This document shows, one piece after another, positions 27,896 to 41,605 of a DNA stretch of 64,000 nucleotides. The translations under genes and the position numbers were made by a program. Source of the stretch: Octopus vulgaris (taxonomy: Eukaryota); contig OX597831.1 in assembly GCA_951406725.2 (NCBI GenBank), positions 3,162,001 to 3,226,000 of the forward strand, given 5' to 3'. The notes under the pieces are model-generated. The model did no database searches. It worked only from the letters and a program-made list of their open reading frames with translations, and was not told the origin of the DNA. Positions within the stretch are counted from its first letter, which is position 1. Every line of letters starts with the position of its first letter.

Positions 27896-28429
27896 GTGCA
27901 TCCTTCTATTTGGAATAAATTATATTTCGTTGCTATTTCTAGTAGATTATGTGATTGTATGGAGCACCCCTCAATGGCTTATGATCACAGAGAGACTCTG
28001 CTGTTGACTCAAAGGTAAAAGAAATCCGATGAAGTATTTTTAGTGAGGACTTCAGGTTCATAGCAGTATCTGGAGAATCATTTGAGGAAACTTCACTTTG
28101 AGTAGGAGACAATAAATCTTAAACTGAAATTGGTTATATTAAGGTCTGTCTATAAAATGAGGATCCAATTTTGAATAGGTATTTTAGCAGTCAAATTGGA
28201 TTCAATTTGTGGCACAAGGCCAGCAATTTCGGTGGAGGAGCTAAATTGACCCCAATCCTCAACTGGCACTTCTTTTATCAATTCCAAAAGGATGAAAAGC
28301 AAAGTTGATCCTGACAGTATTTGAACTCAGAATGTAAAGATGGATGAATTGGTGTTAAACATTTTGGTTCTGTCAGCTTGCCATCTTATTTTTAGCAGTC
28401 ATATTAATGCCAAGGTTTTATTTTATCAT

Positions 28430-28745
28430 TGCTTACGAACCACATGGTTCCAGGTTCAGTCCCATTGCGTGGCACCTTGGGCAAGTGTCTTCTACTATAG
28501 CCTCGAGCCAACCAAAGCCTTGTGAGTGGATTTGGTAGACAGAAACTGAAAGAAGCTCCAAGATCGCTTGACAACTGATGCTGATGTGTTTACATCCCCG
28601 TAACTTAGCAGTTCGGCAAAAAGGCATAAATACTAGGCTTACGAAGAATAAGTCCTGGGATTGATTTGCTCGACTAAAGGTGGTGCTCCAGCATGGCCAC
28701 AGTCAAATGACTGAAACAAGTAAAAGAGTAAAAGAGAGTAAAGAG
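28430..28745 (+). mobile_element. SINE family A
   Basis: B box, core and tail (AAAGAGTA)n. Confidence 0.85.
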
Positions 28746-28942
28746 TATATCTTAATACTAGACCAAAAGTTTGGAATATAGGTCTGAAAATGTTTTATTC
28801 CATTTATTAAAGCATTGGATCAGTTATTCAGTAAGCATATCTTTACATTGTATATATTTGAATAAAATTATACTTGAGGTTAACAATTTTAATTTTAGCA
28901 AAATGTTCTTGACTTTTGGCCAGGAATGTATTAGGGTAATGC

Positions 28943-29170
28943 TCAACCCTTTTGTTACTAACCCAGCCAAAACCGGCTCTGGCTCTGTGGTAAAATGTCT
29001 TGTTTTCATTGGTTTTGAATTAAAATATTCCACCAAGCCTTAGTCACAATTTATGTTCCAAACACTAGCTTAATGATAACTAAGTTGTTTTACTAAATTC
29101 TTTGTTATATTTAAAATAATTGGAAGACACACAGAGCATCTCGAAATAAATACAGTAACAACAGGGTTAA
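28943..29170 (+). mobile_element. TTAA-type MITE
   Basis: TIR-like AACCCTTTTGTTACT / AGTAACAACAGGGTTAA. Confidence 0.8.
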
Positions 29171-29417
29171 CAACAGTCACATAATGCTAACATAAGGTGA
29201 CACCAAATACACACATGTATATTGTTATTAATAACACCTAGAAGAAAATGATTCTTTCCCACTCACCAAAGTAAATGTAGCTTTGGTCAGGAGGAATTGA
29301 CACCATCAGACGGTATCCAATGATTGTCAATTGTTTCAACCCTGAACTGTAACACCATTCAGAGTCAAAACAAAAGGAGACACAAAACACACACACATAT
29401 ACACATATAGTATAATG

Positions 29418-29623
29418 GAGTGATTCTCAAACTTTTTCAGCCTACTGCCCCACTGGCACCCATGCCACATTCCTTGTGCCCCTGCACCAACTCACCACCA
29501 CAAATATGGACCGCTTTCTGCACCAAATTCAAAACCAACTGTATTTCAAAAATAAAACTTTACCTAATTAACCCATTATTTTGTTCAATGCCCACCCTGC
29601 TGGATCCACTTTGGAACCCACTA
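29418..29623. mobile_element. hAT MITE
   Basis: 8-bp TSD GTATAATG at 29410-29417 and 29624-29631; degenerate TIRs. Confidence 0.8.
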
Positions 29624-30194
29624 GTATAATGTATGTATATTGTTGTTCATAAGTAAACAATAAAGTACTTTGTACATGGTTGTGGTAGAAATTTTAGGGT
29701 TCATTAAATTTTTGTTTAGTGCTAAATGTGTGATTAATTCCATCCAAACCATAGATTTTTAACCGGGTATCCAAATGTGCATGAGAAGAAGTATGTCTGC
29801 TAATTCTTAATACTGTTTCACATCCTCTGAACATTGTGGATTTCCACTTTGACAAATGCATGAAGCCTGATATGGTCTTAAATCTATGTAGCTGCTCTCT
29901 CTCTCTCTCTCTCTCTCTCTCTAGCTCTCTCTCATACACATACATACATACATACAAATACTAGACGCATTAAATGTAATAAATGTGATGGTGGACAGAG
30001 AGATACCACCTCTCCCTTAGATTGAACCATTGCCGGCAGGAACATATTCAGTTTTATACCATAGCTGCTGCAACATTTTATGCAAATCTCTGAATTTGTA
30101 TATCTATCCAACTGATACTAATATGGTAAAACAGTTATAAATGCAGAGAACCAAGCAACAAATATATTCAAAGAGGCATTCGCAAAGTACACAT

Positions 30195-30563
30195 AACATA
30201 TGAGTATGTGTATGTGCATGTATATATATATATACATATATGTATGTATATGTATATGTGTGTATATATATATAGCTTACAACATCTATTTACTTACAGA
30301 TGTACATATAAAGAAGTTATACATGGCATGCACACACACACATACACACATACATACATACACAAACATATTGCTTACAAAATCTATTTACACACAGATA
30401 AACACACAAAACAGTTTTACACAGCACACATATGCACACTTACATGTATGTATATTACATGGACTTATACCAAACAAATTATGCACACAAAATTTTTCCA
30501 GACTCTCACAGTTTTTGCACACAGCCCATATAAACACAGATTTATATACACAACATATATACA

Positions 30564-30623
<60 letters not shown>

Positions 30624-30791
30624 ATATATATTGCACAATTCATCTACACTCTACACATACATGGAAGTATATATATATGTACATTTAGAAATATTTTGTA
30701 TGAGTCTTTCTGAACAGAAATGTGTCTGTATGTATGTATGTATGTATGTGTCTATGTACATATTAATATTTTTATGTGTTGTGGTTATGTG

Positions 30792-30856
<65 letters not shown>

Positions 30857-31043
30857 GTGTGTGTGTGTGTGTGTGAGTATAACACTCGTGCACATATAAA
30901 AATATATAATTTGCATAAGTAGACATGAATGTATGTGTGTGTGTGTGTGTGTGTGTTTGTATGTTTGTGTATGTGTGTGTGTATATGTGTGTGTTTGTGT
31001 GTGTGTGTGTGTTTCGGTGTGTGTGTGTGTGTGTATGTGTTTC

Positions 31044-31087
<44 letters not shown>

Positions 31088-31165
31088 TGTGTGTGTGTGT
31101 TTGTGTGTGTTTCGGTGTGTGTATTTCAGTGTATGTGTGTGTTTCGGTGTGTGTGTGTGTGTGTA
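30195..31165. repeat. CA/TA/(TG)n microsatellite field
   Basis: Directly visible. Confidence 0.9.
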
Positions 31166-31747
31166 TAACTATTTGTCTGTCTCCTCTCATTGTCAGAAAG
31201 CTATGTTACAGCTTTGACAAAACTGCAATATTTTTATTTCATCCTGCATCATGTCTTATTCATGGTAAAAACCAATTCTCTAAAGACGGCAAGTGAAATG
31301 TGACTGACCAGACATGTCTCCGATAACTACGACAGACTTTCAAATTGATGTTAATGTGTATCTAGCGATTTATCAGGTGTAAACGATGGACACGAGCTTC
31401 ACAACAATTTCGGAGAGAGTGAGATGAAAGATTTCGACAGCTGTCTGATGTATGTCGTTTTTGAGGTAGTTTTCTCATTAATAATATTGATATGTTCTAC
31501 ACAAAACAGACTCTTTTCATTATGCATAATTAAAAAAATAAAATGAGCTAAGGGAAGTAACTCAAGTGGACCAGTGACATGAAGATAAATAAGTTAAGTT
31601 GATGACGTTCATTATTGACAGATGTAAGCCAAAAAAAAAAAAAACTCGATAAAGGGTAAATCCCATTTTTTTACTGAAAGACCCCTTCCCACAAGTAGTA
31701 ATCTTTTGTGCCTTTCAAATAAAGGAATGGGAGCAGGATATAATTTT

Positions 31748-31946
31748 AAGAAATTAAGAATTAATTTCACAAAATTTATTTTTATATTTACAAAATCTGG
31801 TATTTGTTAGCTTTGAGTTTTGTGAACTGATGAGGTGTAATAAGAACAAAACATGTTCGTAGTTGTCCTCCTGCTTGTTAACAAAAATCTGTTGCATTTT
31901 TCTTAAATGCGTGAATTTATTTTGTGAAATTAATTCTTAATTTCTT
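31748..31946. repeat. 28-bp perfect inverted repeat enclosing a degenerate hammerhead-like core
   Basis: Arms at 31748-31775 and 31919-31946; CTGATGAG at 31827; arm sequence recurs at about 25750 and 38418. Confidence 0.7.
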
Positions 31947-32467
31947 GATATTATCTCCCCTTTTCCTTTCAGAGCTGCTAACTATTACTGTTAGGTTTCT
32001 TCTTTCTCCGACTAATACGGAAATTTTGGCCATTTGATAATTTTTATCCTTATACATACAGTACAATACATACATACATACATACATACATACATAATAC
32101 ATACATACATACATACATAAATGATAACACAGAGGGGTTGTGGTTCACTACAGCTGCTTTAGATGTGTTCTTTGTTGAAGAACAAAAGTGTTACATCATG
32201 CAAAAGAACTGTTTTTATCAGGTGAATACTGGCAAGAATTAACAATAAGAACTTCTGGCAAAACAGGACATAGTGCCAGATGATCACCTGACCTGATTTT
32301 GGCAGAAAATACACACACACAAACACACACACACATGCACACACACAAACGCACATGCACACGCACACACACACACACACGTGCACACACACAAGTAAGC
32401 ACATAGATGCAAAACAAAGTGGAAAAGATAATACTCGAATACCAAAGCTAGAGCAAAAAAAAAGCCA

Positions 32468-32589
32468 AAAAATCTGCACAAACTGTTACTCAGAGTTTCA
32501 TGTGAGTGTTCATTGGCAGTTGGGAGTATTATCACAACAGTCTGATGAATAGTAATGTGAAACTCGGAGTAACAGTTTGCGAAGATTTT
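32468..32589. repeat. Imperfect inverted repeat with a hammerhead motif at 32536-32577 (+)
   Basis: AACAGT-CTGATGA-ATA(GTAA)TGT-GAA-ACTC-G-GAGT-A-ACAGTT; decayed copy on the opposite arm. Confidence 0.7.
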
Positions 32590-32608
32590 GTTTGGGTTTA
32601 ATAAAAAG

Positions 32609-33425
32609 TATTGGGTTGTCCAGAAAGCTTGTGCCAATTTTAAAGGAAAAAAAAAGGTCAATAAATACTTGCCATTACAGTTTTAATCAACCAAATATGA
32701 ACCATTTTGTTGCACAATGTGTCTCCATCTTCCCTTTAACTTGAAAATACCCTCTCCCCAGAATTGAGGTGGTTTCATGGCAAAGAATTCATCAAGGTAT
32801 CTTTTTACGTCATCCAAGGAATTGAAATTTTTACCATTAAGACTATTCTGCAGAGACCTGAATAAGTGGAAATCCGAAGGAGCACTATCTGGTGAATATG
32901 GAGGGTGGGGTAACACATCCCAGCCGAGCTACAGCAATTTTTGTCTGGTTCCCAAAGAAACATGCAGTCTTGCATTATCATGTTGGAAAACAACACCCTT
33001 CCTGTTGGCCAATTCTGGATGTTTCTCTTGAATTGCTGCTTTTAACTCATCCAGTTGTGTGCAGTATTTCTCAGAATAAATTGTCTGGTTACTTGGGAGA
33101 AGCTCATAGTACAGAATTCCTTTCCTATCCCACCAGACACAAAGCAAGACTTTTTTAGGATGAAGACTCGCTTTTGGGGTGGCTAAGGGTGGCTCATGTC
33201 TCTTACTCCAGGATCGCTTTCTCTGAACATTTTGGTAGATAATCCATTTCTCATCACCTGTCACAATCTGCTTTAAAAAAAGGCGTGTTTTCATTCTGTT
33301 TATAGAGTGAATCACAGATAGAAATGTGATCCAAAAGGTTCTTCTCACTCAACTCATGTGGTACCCAAACATCATAGCGATTTGTGTACCCAAGCTTTAC
33401 CAGGTGCTCATGAACGATGGAGTGT
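32609..33425 (-). mobile_element. 5'-truncated mariner (second subfamily) with frameshifted transposase
   Basis: IVTGDEKW, HDNA, PYSPDSAPSDFHLF; 3' TIR TATTGGGTTGTCCAGAAAG. Confidence 0.93.
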
Positions 33426-33849
33426 TGTACTAAATCCCAGTCTAACCCATGTTAGCACGGAAAACAGACACTAAATGATAATGATGATGATGATGATGAC
33501 GACGATGATGACGATGATGACGATGGCGACTACATCATTCACTCTGCTCCAATTTCAAATTTTCTCATGTTGGATATGCTCTTGCAATGATATTCCTAGC
33601 ATAGATCTTAAATATATATTGGTATTTTTTCACCAAATAATTGGTCCATCAAGAAGGTTTATGAGTAGCACAGCAATCTATGTTTCTGATTAACCTAGTA
33701 ACAGAAAATCAAATTGAAGGCTGGTTATTGTGAAGGTCATTGCACTTTAATGATCATAGAACATATAAAGTTTCTAAGTGATGCATAGTAGATCCACTGA
33801 AGTGTTTTGGGATAATGACTACAAAATATAGTTGTTTTACACAAAAGTG

Positions 33850-34140
33850 AAATTTCTTGTCAGAAACAGCTACAGAAATGGTGTAATGAAATTGAAGGAA
33901 GACATTGAAACTTCCCCTCTGTGAGTTTATTTTTTTCAACAGCAAAAGGAGCTATTTTTTTTGAGAGATAAGCTAACAAAAGCCCCTTTATTCTGTCTTT
34001 CCACATAGACTGCGCATAAACTAACAGTGAATGCTGCATAAAGTTAAATTGGTATGGAGCTTTCTGAAAGATACATACAGCTTTCGCTAGTGGAAGCAAA
34101 ACTCTTATTTAAAGGTTGATTCTTTGGGATGAATCATATG
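33850..34140 (+). pseudogene. Possible very old L1/Tx1 ORF2 C-terminal remnant
   Basis: Fragments QKWCNEI, HRL..TN..LHKVKLV..DTYSF loosely resemble zf-RVT. Confidence 0.3.
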
Positions 34141-34389
34141 TGATTGTTTATAAATCATATGTGATTGTTTATAAAAGGCTAGAATGACAATGCTAAAGCG
34201 CATTTGAAACAATGGACAGCAGTCAAAAACTATATCCATTTAGGTGCTTTATGCTGGAGCTCTGGACAAAATGTTTAGTGCATAACTATCCTTGGAACAT
34301 AAGTAATGGGTAAGTAAAGTTTGGTGAATAATGCATTAGTCATTATACACACACATACTGGGATTTATATATACTAGTTATATATTTTT

Positions 34390-34624
34390 ATTCTTTGCTT
34401 TGTTTCAGTCATTTGACTGTGGCCATGTTGGGGCACCACCTTAAGGGGTTTTAGTTAAATCAACCCCAGAACTTATTCTTTGTAAGCTTAGAACTTGTTC
34501 TATCAAACTCTTTTTCTGAACCGCTAAGTTATGGTGACCTAAACACACCAAGATCAGTTGTCAAGCGATGCTGGGAGGGATGGGACTAACATAGACACAA
34601 CACACAAATATATATATATATATT

Positions 34625-34660
<36 letters not shown>

Positions 34661-34870
34661 TATATTCTTTTACTTGTTTCAGTCATTTGACTTTAGTCGA
34701 ACAAATCGACCCCAAGACTTGTTCTTTTTAAGAATAGTACTTATTCTATCAGCCTCTTTTGCCGAACCGCTAATTTATGGGGATGCAAACACACCAGTAT
34801 CAGTTGCTAAGTGATGGTGGTGGTGCTGGGGGAACAAACACAGACACACGGACACACAGACAGACAGACA

Positions 34871-34915
<45 letters not shown>

Positions 34916-35075
34916 GTCTTCTTTCAGTTTCCGTCTACCAAATCCACTCACAAGGCTTTGGTCAGCCTGAGGCTATAATAGAAGACCCTTGCCCAAGGTG
35001 CCACACAGTGGGAGTGAACCTGGAACCATGTGGTTGGTAAGCAAGCTATTTACCACACAGCCCACTCCTGCACCT
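34390..35075 (-). mobile_element. Two adjacent family A copies
   Basis: Two tails, one head. Confidence 0.85.
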
Positions 35076-35574
35076 ACATATATAAATATATAATTAAACC
35101 TTTTCATGAATCTTTTTCGTCTATTTGCCCAAATTCGCTGCATATTTATTAAAGCATGTGGCAAAGCCATTGTACGTACTCACTTGCCCTGAATATTAAT
35201 TCATAAATTTATTAATTTTACCTTATACTGGTTTATTACATGGTTAACTAACTGATAAAATCATATATAGATTTTATCCTGAATTTTAAAATATATTTAA
35301 TATATATATATAATTTTGCATAAACCAATATTATTCACTGCTGAATTATTTGGTTATTCAAACATGGCCAAAAATAAATTAAACTAATTTCTGAATTTTA
35401 ATTTGTATTTAAGTACGAACAGTTGTATTTACACTGAGAAGCTGTTTGTTGTGTTTGTGGGGGTATGTGTATTTGTTCATCTTTGTATACATTGGGTTGT
35501 ATTATACAGATGATGGGGGGAAAAAAAGGGGTTTCTTGTTAATCCTGAAATCATTTAATATGTGATTAAACCTT

Positions 35575-35812
35575 TTACTCTCTCTTTTACTCTTTTACTT
35601 GTTTCAGTCATTTGACTGTGGCCATGCTGGAGCACTGCCTTTATAGTTGAGCAAATCGACCCCATAGCTTATTCTTTGTTAACCTAGTACTTACTCTATC
35701 GGTTGCTTTTGCCAAACTGCTAAGTTACAGGGACCTAAACACACCAGCATCTGTTGTCAAGTGATGCTGGGGGGACAAACAGACATACAAACATATACAC
35801 ACACACATATAC

Positions 35813-35863
<51 letters not shown>

Positions 35864-36028
35864 CGACGGGCTTCTTTCAGTTTCCGTCTACCAAATCCAC
35901 TCACAAGGCTTTGGTTGGCTCGAGGCTATAGTAGAAGGCACTTGCCCAAGGTGCCATGCAGTGGGACTGAACCTGGGACCATGCAGTTGGAAAGCAAGCT
36001 ACTTACCACACAGCCACTCTTGCGCCTA
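35575..36028 (-). mobile_element. SINE family A
   Basis: Full match. Confidence 0.9.
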
Positions 36029-36810
36029 TGAATCTTTTAAATCTTTTAAAATCTTTAAAATTTATTTGCCTGAATTCAGCATGTATTTATTGCGATAATT
36101 TTAAGGTAGCTTAGAGTCATTCATCTTCTTAAAGCATGTGGCAAAGCCAGTGTACTCACTTCCCCTGGGCTTCTTTCAGTTTCCCTCTGCCAAATCTACT
36201 CACAAGGCTTTGGTCAGCCTGAAGCTATAGTAGAAGACACTTCCCAAGATGCCATGCAGTGGGACTGTATTAGTGTATAGTTTCCTTGGAGCTTCTAAGA
36301 TAGCTACAGGCATGTATGAGTGATAAATGCTTTTGTGATTGGATTTGTTGATAGAGACACCATCCTCTCCTCATCAAATAGGAGACTTAAACATCCCTGA
36401 CCATATGCACAGGGCGAATTCTATCAATTTATTCATATGTGATATGTTTCAACTGAGGAAGATATTGTGTAAGAAATTCCCTTTTTATCTATTTCAGAAT
36501 TATCTGAAATGCACATATTAAATGCATTCAAAATATCATTAATTGGTCTGACTTCCTTTTATACAATATATATATAAATAAACTAACATTTATTTTTATT
36601 ATAAGTGCTGAAATGTATATATAGATACAAAAAAGATGGTGATTTATTTTTGATTGCAGATACGCCATTAGAACAGGAAAAATATTGGGTACAAAGCAGA
36701 AAATTTTGTCTGTTTGTTTATAAATGTTTCCATTTTGTAGGGGTAATTTACCCAATGTTTCTGCTGATCTAATGGCATCTCTGCATTTGAAAATAAATTA
36801 ACATCTTATT

Positions 36811-36858
<48 letters not shown>

Positions 36859-36999
36859 CATATCCTTTAAGTTCCCTTATTGGAGACATTTTGAATATGC
36901 ATATTAAAAACTCCTATTTTATTAACCCTAATGATACCAACTGGCAATACTGGTTTTTTGAGGTTGCACCAAGCTGTGCTGATATAATGTAGGATTAAT

Positions 37000-37046
<47 letters not shown>

Positions 37047-37871
37047 CCATAGATCATCATTATCAACATCATCATCGTTTAATGTCCGTTTTCCATGCTA
37101 GCATGGATTGGACGGTTCAACTGGGGTCTGGGAAGCCAGAAGGGAATTTAGAAATATTTTAATCCCCCAAAGAAATGAGCACATGAATATGATCTGCCCA
37201 ATGTCCATGGATGCTACAAACTGTACTGTAATCATCCCAGGAATATGGACTATGATCTTAAGAAACATGTGATTTGTGGAAACGTGTTTAGTGATGCATT
37301 AGAATATCTCTAGATTCCATCCATGGATTATTATTATTGTTATTCATCATCATCAGCATCAGCATCGTTTAACGTTTGCTTTCCATGCTGGCAAGGGTTG
37401 GACGATTTGACTGAGGACTGGTGAACCAGAGGCTACACCAAGCTCAATCTTGTCTGGCAAAGTTTCTACAGCTGGATGCCCTTCCTAGTGCCAACCACTC
37501 CGAGAGTATAGTGGGTGCTTTTTACGTGCCAGTGGCATGTGGGCCAGTCTGGCGTTTCTGGCAATGACCATGCTCATGCCCAAAAGGTGTTTTTATGTGC
37601 TACCTGCACAGGAGCCAGTCTGGCGGCACTGGCAACGACCACATTTGAATGTTGATTTTCACTGGCACATGTGCTGGTAAGGCGACGCTGGAAACAATCA
37701 CGCTCGAATGGTGCATTTCACGTGTCACCAACATGGGAGCCAATCTGTGGCACTGACAACGATCATGCTCGGTTGTGCTTTTACCATTCCACTGGCATGA
37801 GTGCCAATCGGGCGGTACTGTCATCGGCTGCATCAATGATTTTGATTTGTTTACACTTGCCTCAACAGATC

Positions 37872-37902
<31 letters not shown>

Positions 37903-38855
37903 CTATTATGCAAAAGTATGGTAAGTCCAAAACGTTTCTTTTGCAGAAAACGAAAAAATAGTTTCACCATTCCATAGTGAACTGTTGTACAACACTTTGA
38001 CAATTTTTAATATCTTGGCAGCATCTGAAGCAGCTGGAGGTATGATAGTTTGACCAAGAGAACCAGCTATTGCATGGAAAAATAAATATTGAAAAAAAAT
38101 GTATTTAACCAAATTTGGACATACAACACTTTAACATAATAGCAACGACACACACACACACACAACATATTTCCATACTGTTTCTATTTACAAATTGACT
38201 CACAAAACATTAGTTGTCCTGGGATTATAGTAGAAGACACTTGCCTAAGGAATGAACTCATGGTCATGTACTTGCAAAGCAAACGTCTTAATCACACAAC
38301 CATGCTTTCATCTATATCTAAAAGACACCAAGAACTTTTCATTATTTCATTAACAAAGTCCAGTAATACTGAAACACACCTGTAGTTGTCCATTCTTCAG
38401 TTAAAACAAACAAACAGATTTTGTGAAATTAATTCTCAATTCTGCAAATTATCTCCCTTTTCTTCTTGAAGTCACTAATAGTAAATAAGTTGTTTTTTTT
38501 CTTACCTACAACTAAGAGGGGAAACATTAATTAGTTCATTTCTTTCTGTTTTGTTTTGTTCAATTTTCTTTTTCTCTTTTAGCTTTTTTTTTCTTTCTTC
38601 CCCAGAAATTACCCCCAGAAGACTTTTTTCCTCACACTTTTTCTTCATAGCAGCTGTTAAGATATCTGAAGTAAAAAAATTGTGGTGTCCCTTTGAAAAT
38701 TCTCTTTCAAGAATATTGAGTTTTTAGTTTAAAAAAAAGAAAATATTTCTACACTTATTTCTTCAAGTATGTAACAGTTGTTTTTTTAATTATTATCATT
38801 ATTTATTATTGTTATTATTAATGTTGTTGTTGTTGCTGCTGCAGCAGTAGTAGCC

Positions 38856-38911
<56 letters not shown>

Positions 38912-38915
38912 GGTG

Positions 38916-38972
<57 letters not shown>

Positions 38973-39249
38973 ATTTATAATAATAATAATCCTTTCTGCT
39001 AAAGGCACAAGGCCTGAAATTTGGGGGAGGGGACTAGTTGATGTAATTGACCCCAGTATTTCACTGGTACTTAACTCATTGACACTGAAAGGATGAAAGC
39101 AAAGTCGATTGATCTCGACGGAATTTGTATTCAGAACGTAAAGATGGATGAAATGCTGCTAATTTATAATAATATTAATAATAATAATAATAATAATGAT
39201 AATAATAATGATAATAATAATAATAATAATAATAATAATAGTAATAATA

Positions 39250-39796
39250 ACTTCACCATTCAAACTGACAGGAAGATAGATGCAAATAGGCCAGACATCA
39301 TATTGAAAGACTTCAGACAAAGAACATGCCTCCTCATTGATATGACTGTCCCAATCGATATAAATGTATCTGTCAAGACCTACCAAAAACTGAGCAAATA
39401 TAAAGATCTTGAAATAGAAATCAGCAAAATGTGGAAGCTGAAGACTAAAACAATACCTGTTGTCATAGGTGCCCTGGGAATGATAGTGAAAGGGACTGAT
39501 TGCTACCTAACTCAGATACCAGGAAACCCCAAAATAGCAGAAATTCAAAAGATAGTGCTCATGGGAACTGCTCATATCCTACGCAAAATACTCTCTATGT
39601 AATCCCAAGGTTTAAAACAAACTTTTTTTTTTTTAATTTTATTTTTATGTATTAGACATTCACTAGTACAACACCAAAAATAAACAAAAAAACACCCAAA
39701 TATATGGCACAGAACTTCCAACCTGTTGTCTCTTGAGGTCTCTGGGTGAGACTTGGAGCCAACTTGTACAGACATAAAGCAAAAGTCAAACATAGA

Positions 39797-39797
<1 letters not shown>
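39250..39797 (+). mobile_element. 5'-truncated R4/Dong-like LINE (restriction-like endonuclease domain plus 3' UTR) in (TAA)n
   Basis: Open frame FTIQTDRKIDANRPDIIL..LLIDMTVP..KLSKYKDLEIEISKMW..PVVIGALG..ILRKILSM* ending at 39602; TAA arrays on both sides. Confidence 0.9.
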
Positions 39798-39827
<30 letters not shown>

Positions 39828-39834
39828 TAGTAAT

Positions 39835-40070
39835 CCCCTCTACTATAGGCCGAAAGCCTGAAATTTTTGGTGGGAGAGGATATTTGATGAGATTGTCTCC
39901 AGTGTTTCACTGGTACTTAATTTATTGACCCCAAAAGGATGAAAGGCAAAGTCAATCTCATGGAATTTGAACTCAGAGCGTAGCAACGGGTGAAATGCCG
40001 CTAAGCATATCATCCAGTTTCCTAATGATTTTGCCAGCTCGCCACCTTAATAATAATAATAATAATAATA

Positions 40071-40113
<43 letters not shown>

Positions 40114-40540
40114 TAATAATCCTTCCTACTATAGGCACAAGGCCTGACATTTGAGGGGAGGGGACTAATCGATTACATTGACCCCAGTGATTCTCTGATA
40201 CTTAATTTATCGACCCCGAAAGGATGAAAGGCAAAGTTGACCCCCGGTGGAATTTGAACTTGAAATGTAGCAATTGGCGAAATACTGCCAAGCATTTCGT
40301 CCATCATGCTAAAGATTCCGCCATATCCAGTTGGTGAACTGGCAGAATCGTTAGCACACTGGGCAAAGTGCTTAGCAGCATTTCATTCAACTTTATGTTC
40401 AAGAGTTCAAATTCCACTGAGGTTGACTTTGCCTTTCATCCTTGCAGAGTCAATAAAAGAAATACCAGTTGAACACTGGGGATCGATGTTACTAACTTGC
40501 TCCCCACCCACACACCATTTTGTGCCAAGTTTTGAAATCA
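39835..40540. mobile_element. Cluster of three family C SINEs (-, -, +)
   Basis: GACCCCGAAAGGATGAAAGGCAAAGT and its reverse complement. Confidence 0.85.
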
Positions 40541-40560
40541 TTATTATTACCAATTTTGTA

Positions 40561-40607
<47 letters not shown>

Positions 40608-40673
40608 TGTTGTTATTATTATTATTATCGTTGTTATTATTGTTATTATTATTATTATTAGTATCATTATTAT

Positions 40674-41149
40674 TGAGTGAGAGAGCAGTTCATGCCATCA
40701 AAGTGACACTGGGGTAAAAGTTACGAAGCCCAGTATACCCATCATGACTACCCGTCTGATAAAGGTACACCAGGCACATGTATCACAACCATATGTGCGT
40801 GACATGGTGATCTCATATCAAGATAAACAGCACATGACCTTGCAGGTGGGGCCCAGTTAGAATTTTCTTCAGATCGAGTAACCCATCCCGCTCAAAAGGT
40901 CCCTGAATAAGGGTTGTTTAAGGACGTTGAACGAAACACCCATGTTTCCAGAGGTGAATTATTCAAACCCCAAAGAATCCTTCTCAACACATGGCTATGA
41001 TGCTCCCCCACTACTTCTGCTCGTGATCAGAGATGCACATATCGTCAGCCACTAAGGGACATGCTCAACTGGTTACGGTCAAACAACTGACAAGCAAATC
41101 TGTGGTATTGAGCAGAATATTTGCTGTAGCCCATCTTTTATACCAAGAC
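40674..41149 (-). mobile_element. Family D element in (TTA)n
   Basis: Homologous to 23668-24125. Confidence 0.85.
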
Positions 41150-41206
<57 letters not shown>

Positions 41207-41215
41207 GTATCATCA

Positions 41216-41281
<66 letters not shown>

Positions 41282-41311
41282 GTATCATTATTATTATTAT
41301 TATCATCATCA

Positions 41312-41376
<65 letters not shown>

Positions 41377-41578
41377 TTGGTCACTAGAACTTGCTGTGTG
41401 ACCTAATTTTAAATTGTTAAACACAGGTTTCGGGCACGATGGAATGGATGCTGAAACCTCCTTCATCTGTCGACTGGATTTAAGTTTCAGTACTCTATCT
41501 CTTTTGTCTCTTTCTCTCTCTCTTCCTCTTCTCTCTCTCTCCTCCTCTCTCTTTTCCCCCTCTCTGTTTCTCTCTTAC

Positions 41579-41605
41579 CTGAGAGTCTTCAGGGATTATT
41601 TCCAT
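41579..41605 (-). other. Candidate short first coding exon MEIIPEDSQ, phase-0 donor
   Basis: CAG|GTAAGA donor; CCAAT motifs at about 41625 and 41719. Confidence 0.3.

Noticed and set aside
39093-39602. 169-aa ORF as a host gene
   Set aside because: It is a chance fusion of a SINE fragment, a TAA repeat and a truncated LINE endonuclease domain
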